Source: Felis catus (lineage: Eukaryota). From it: a stretch of 64,000 nt of DNA. How positions within the stretch are numbered: position 1 is the first letter of the stretch; each line of letters begins with the position of its first letter. The DNA lies in assembly GCF_018350175.1 (NCBI RefSeq), contig NC_058382.1:59026001-59090000 (forward strand), given 5' to 3'. Made by a program: the position numbers and the translations under genes. The notes beneath the pieces are model-generated. The model had not been told where the DNA came from, ran no database searches, and worked only from the letters and a program-made list of their open reading frames with translations. Positions 63,407 through 64,000 of this stretch are shown here, piece by piece.

Positions 63407-64000
63407 AAGCCTGTTTTCGCACATCTCCCAGCCTGGGTGGACCCCTGACTGTGTCTGGTGCAGGTGCACACGGCGGGCATTTACCGAGGGTTTCCCGTGC
63501 GTCAGGCGCCGTTCTAGGCATTTTTACGCGGTAGCTCATTTGGTCCTCACAGTGAGCCCTGGAGAGGGGGCTGCGTATCATCCCCGTTCACGATCGAGGA
63601 GACGGAGGTGCCTAGAGGTCGGGGCATTTGTGAGGATGAGTCAGACGGGAGGGGGTGGAGTCGCAGCCCGAGCAGCCTGGTCTGAGTCTGTGCCGTGATT
63701 CGCGCCAAGTACACAGGCTTGGACCGCCCAGAAAACGATGGGACGCGTAGGCTGATGTGTCGTCCGTTTTAACACTACTGGCAACTGCAAAATATTGGAA
63801 ATTACCCAAATGCCCACATGGAGGCGAGCTGTAAAAAGGAAGGAGACGGTCTGAGGTGGGGCAACATGAGGGTACAACATGAAGGGGGAAAATACCTAAG
63901 TGCAGAACGGAATGTGTAACGCACTGTATTTTGCACGGGACGTATGCTTACACACATACACAGACACGTGCAGGCACATGGATGCACGGTATTATATGTA

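Noticed and set aside
1..64000. CRISPR array, operon, rRNA or intact transposase/RT
   Set aside because: Mammalian DNA; no regularly spaced repeat-spacer array and no such ORFs seen.

Overview
Mammalian (carnivore, most likely felid/feliform) genomic DNA. The only credible protein-coding gene is the uninterrupted forkhead transcription factor ORF FOXL1 (1828..2931, +), inside a CpG island and preceded by a motif-dense promoter. The remaining ~60 kb looks like the gene desert downstream of the FOXF1-FOXC2-FOXL1 cluster. It holds about 21 tRNA-derived CAN-SINEs (many with target-site duplications, TSDs), old L1M/L2/MIR/MaLR/hAT-Charlie relics, microsatellites and several AT-rich non-repeat islands that look like enhancers. 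I did not find a convincing novel biological system. Best leads: (1) an apparent 1-bp loss at the ancestral FOXL1 stop that adds a 16-aa tail (real variant or assembly error); (2) an in-frame 34-codon uORF upstream of FOXL1; (3) a SINE-spacer-truncated SINE dimer inside one TSD, next to an inverted SINE; (4) an AT-to-GC shift in old repeats, against which AT-rich islands stand out. Repeat subfamily calls and human comparisons rest on recalled sequences and need RepeatMasker/BLAST confirmation.
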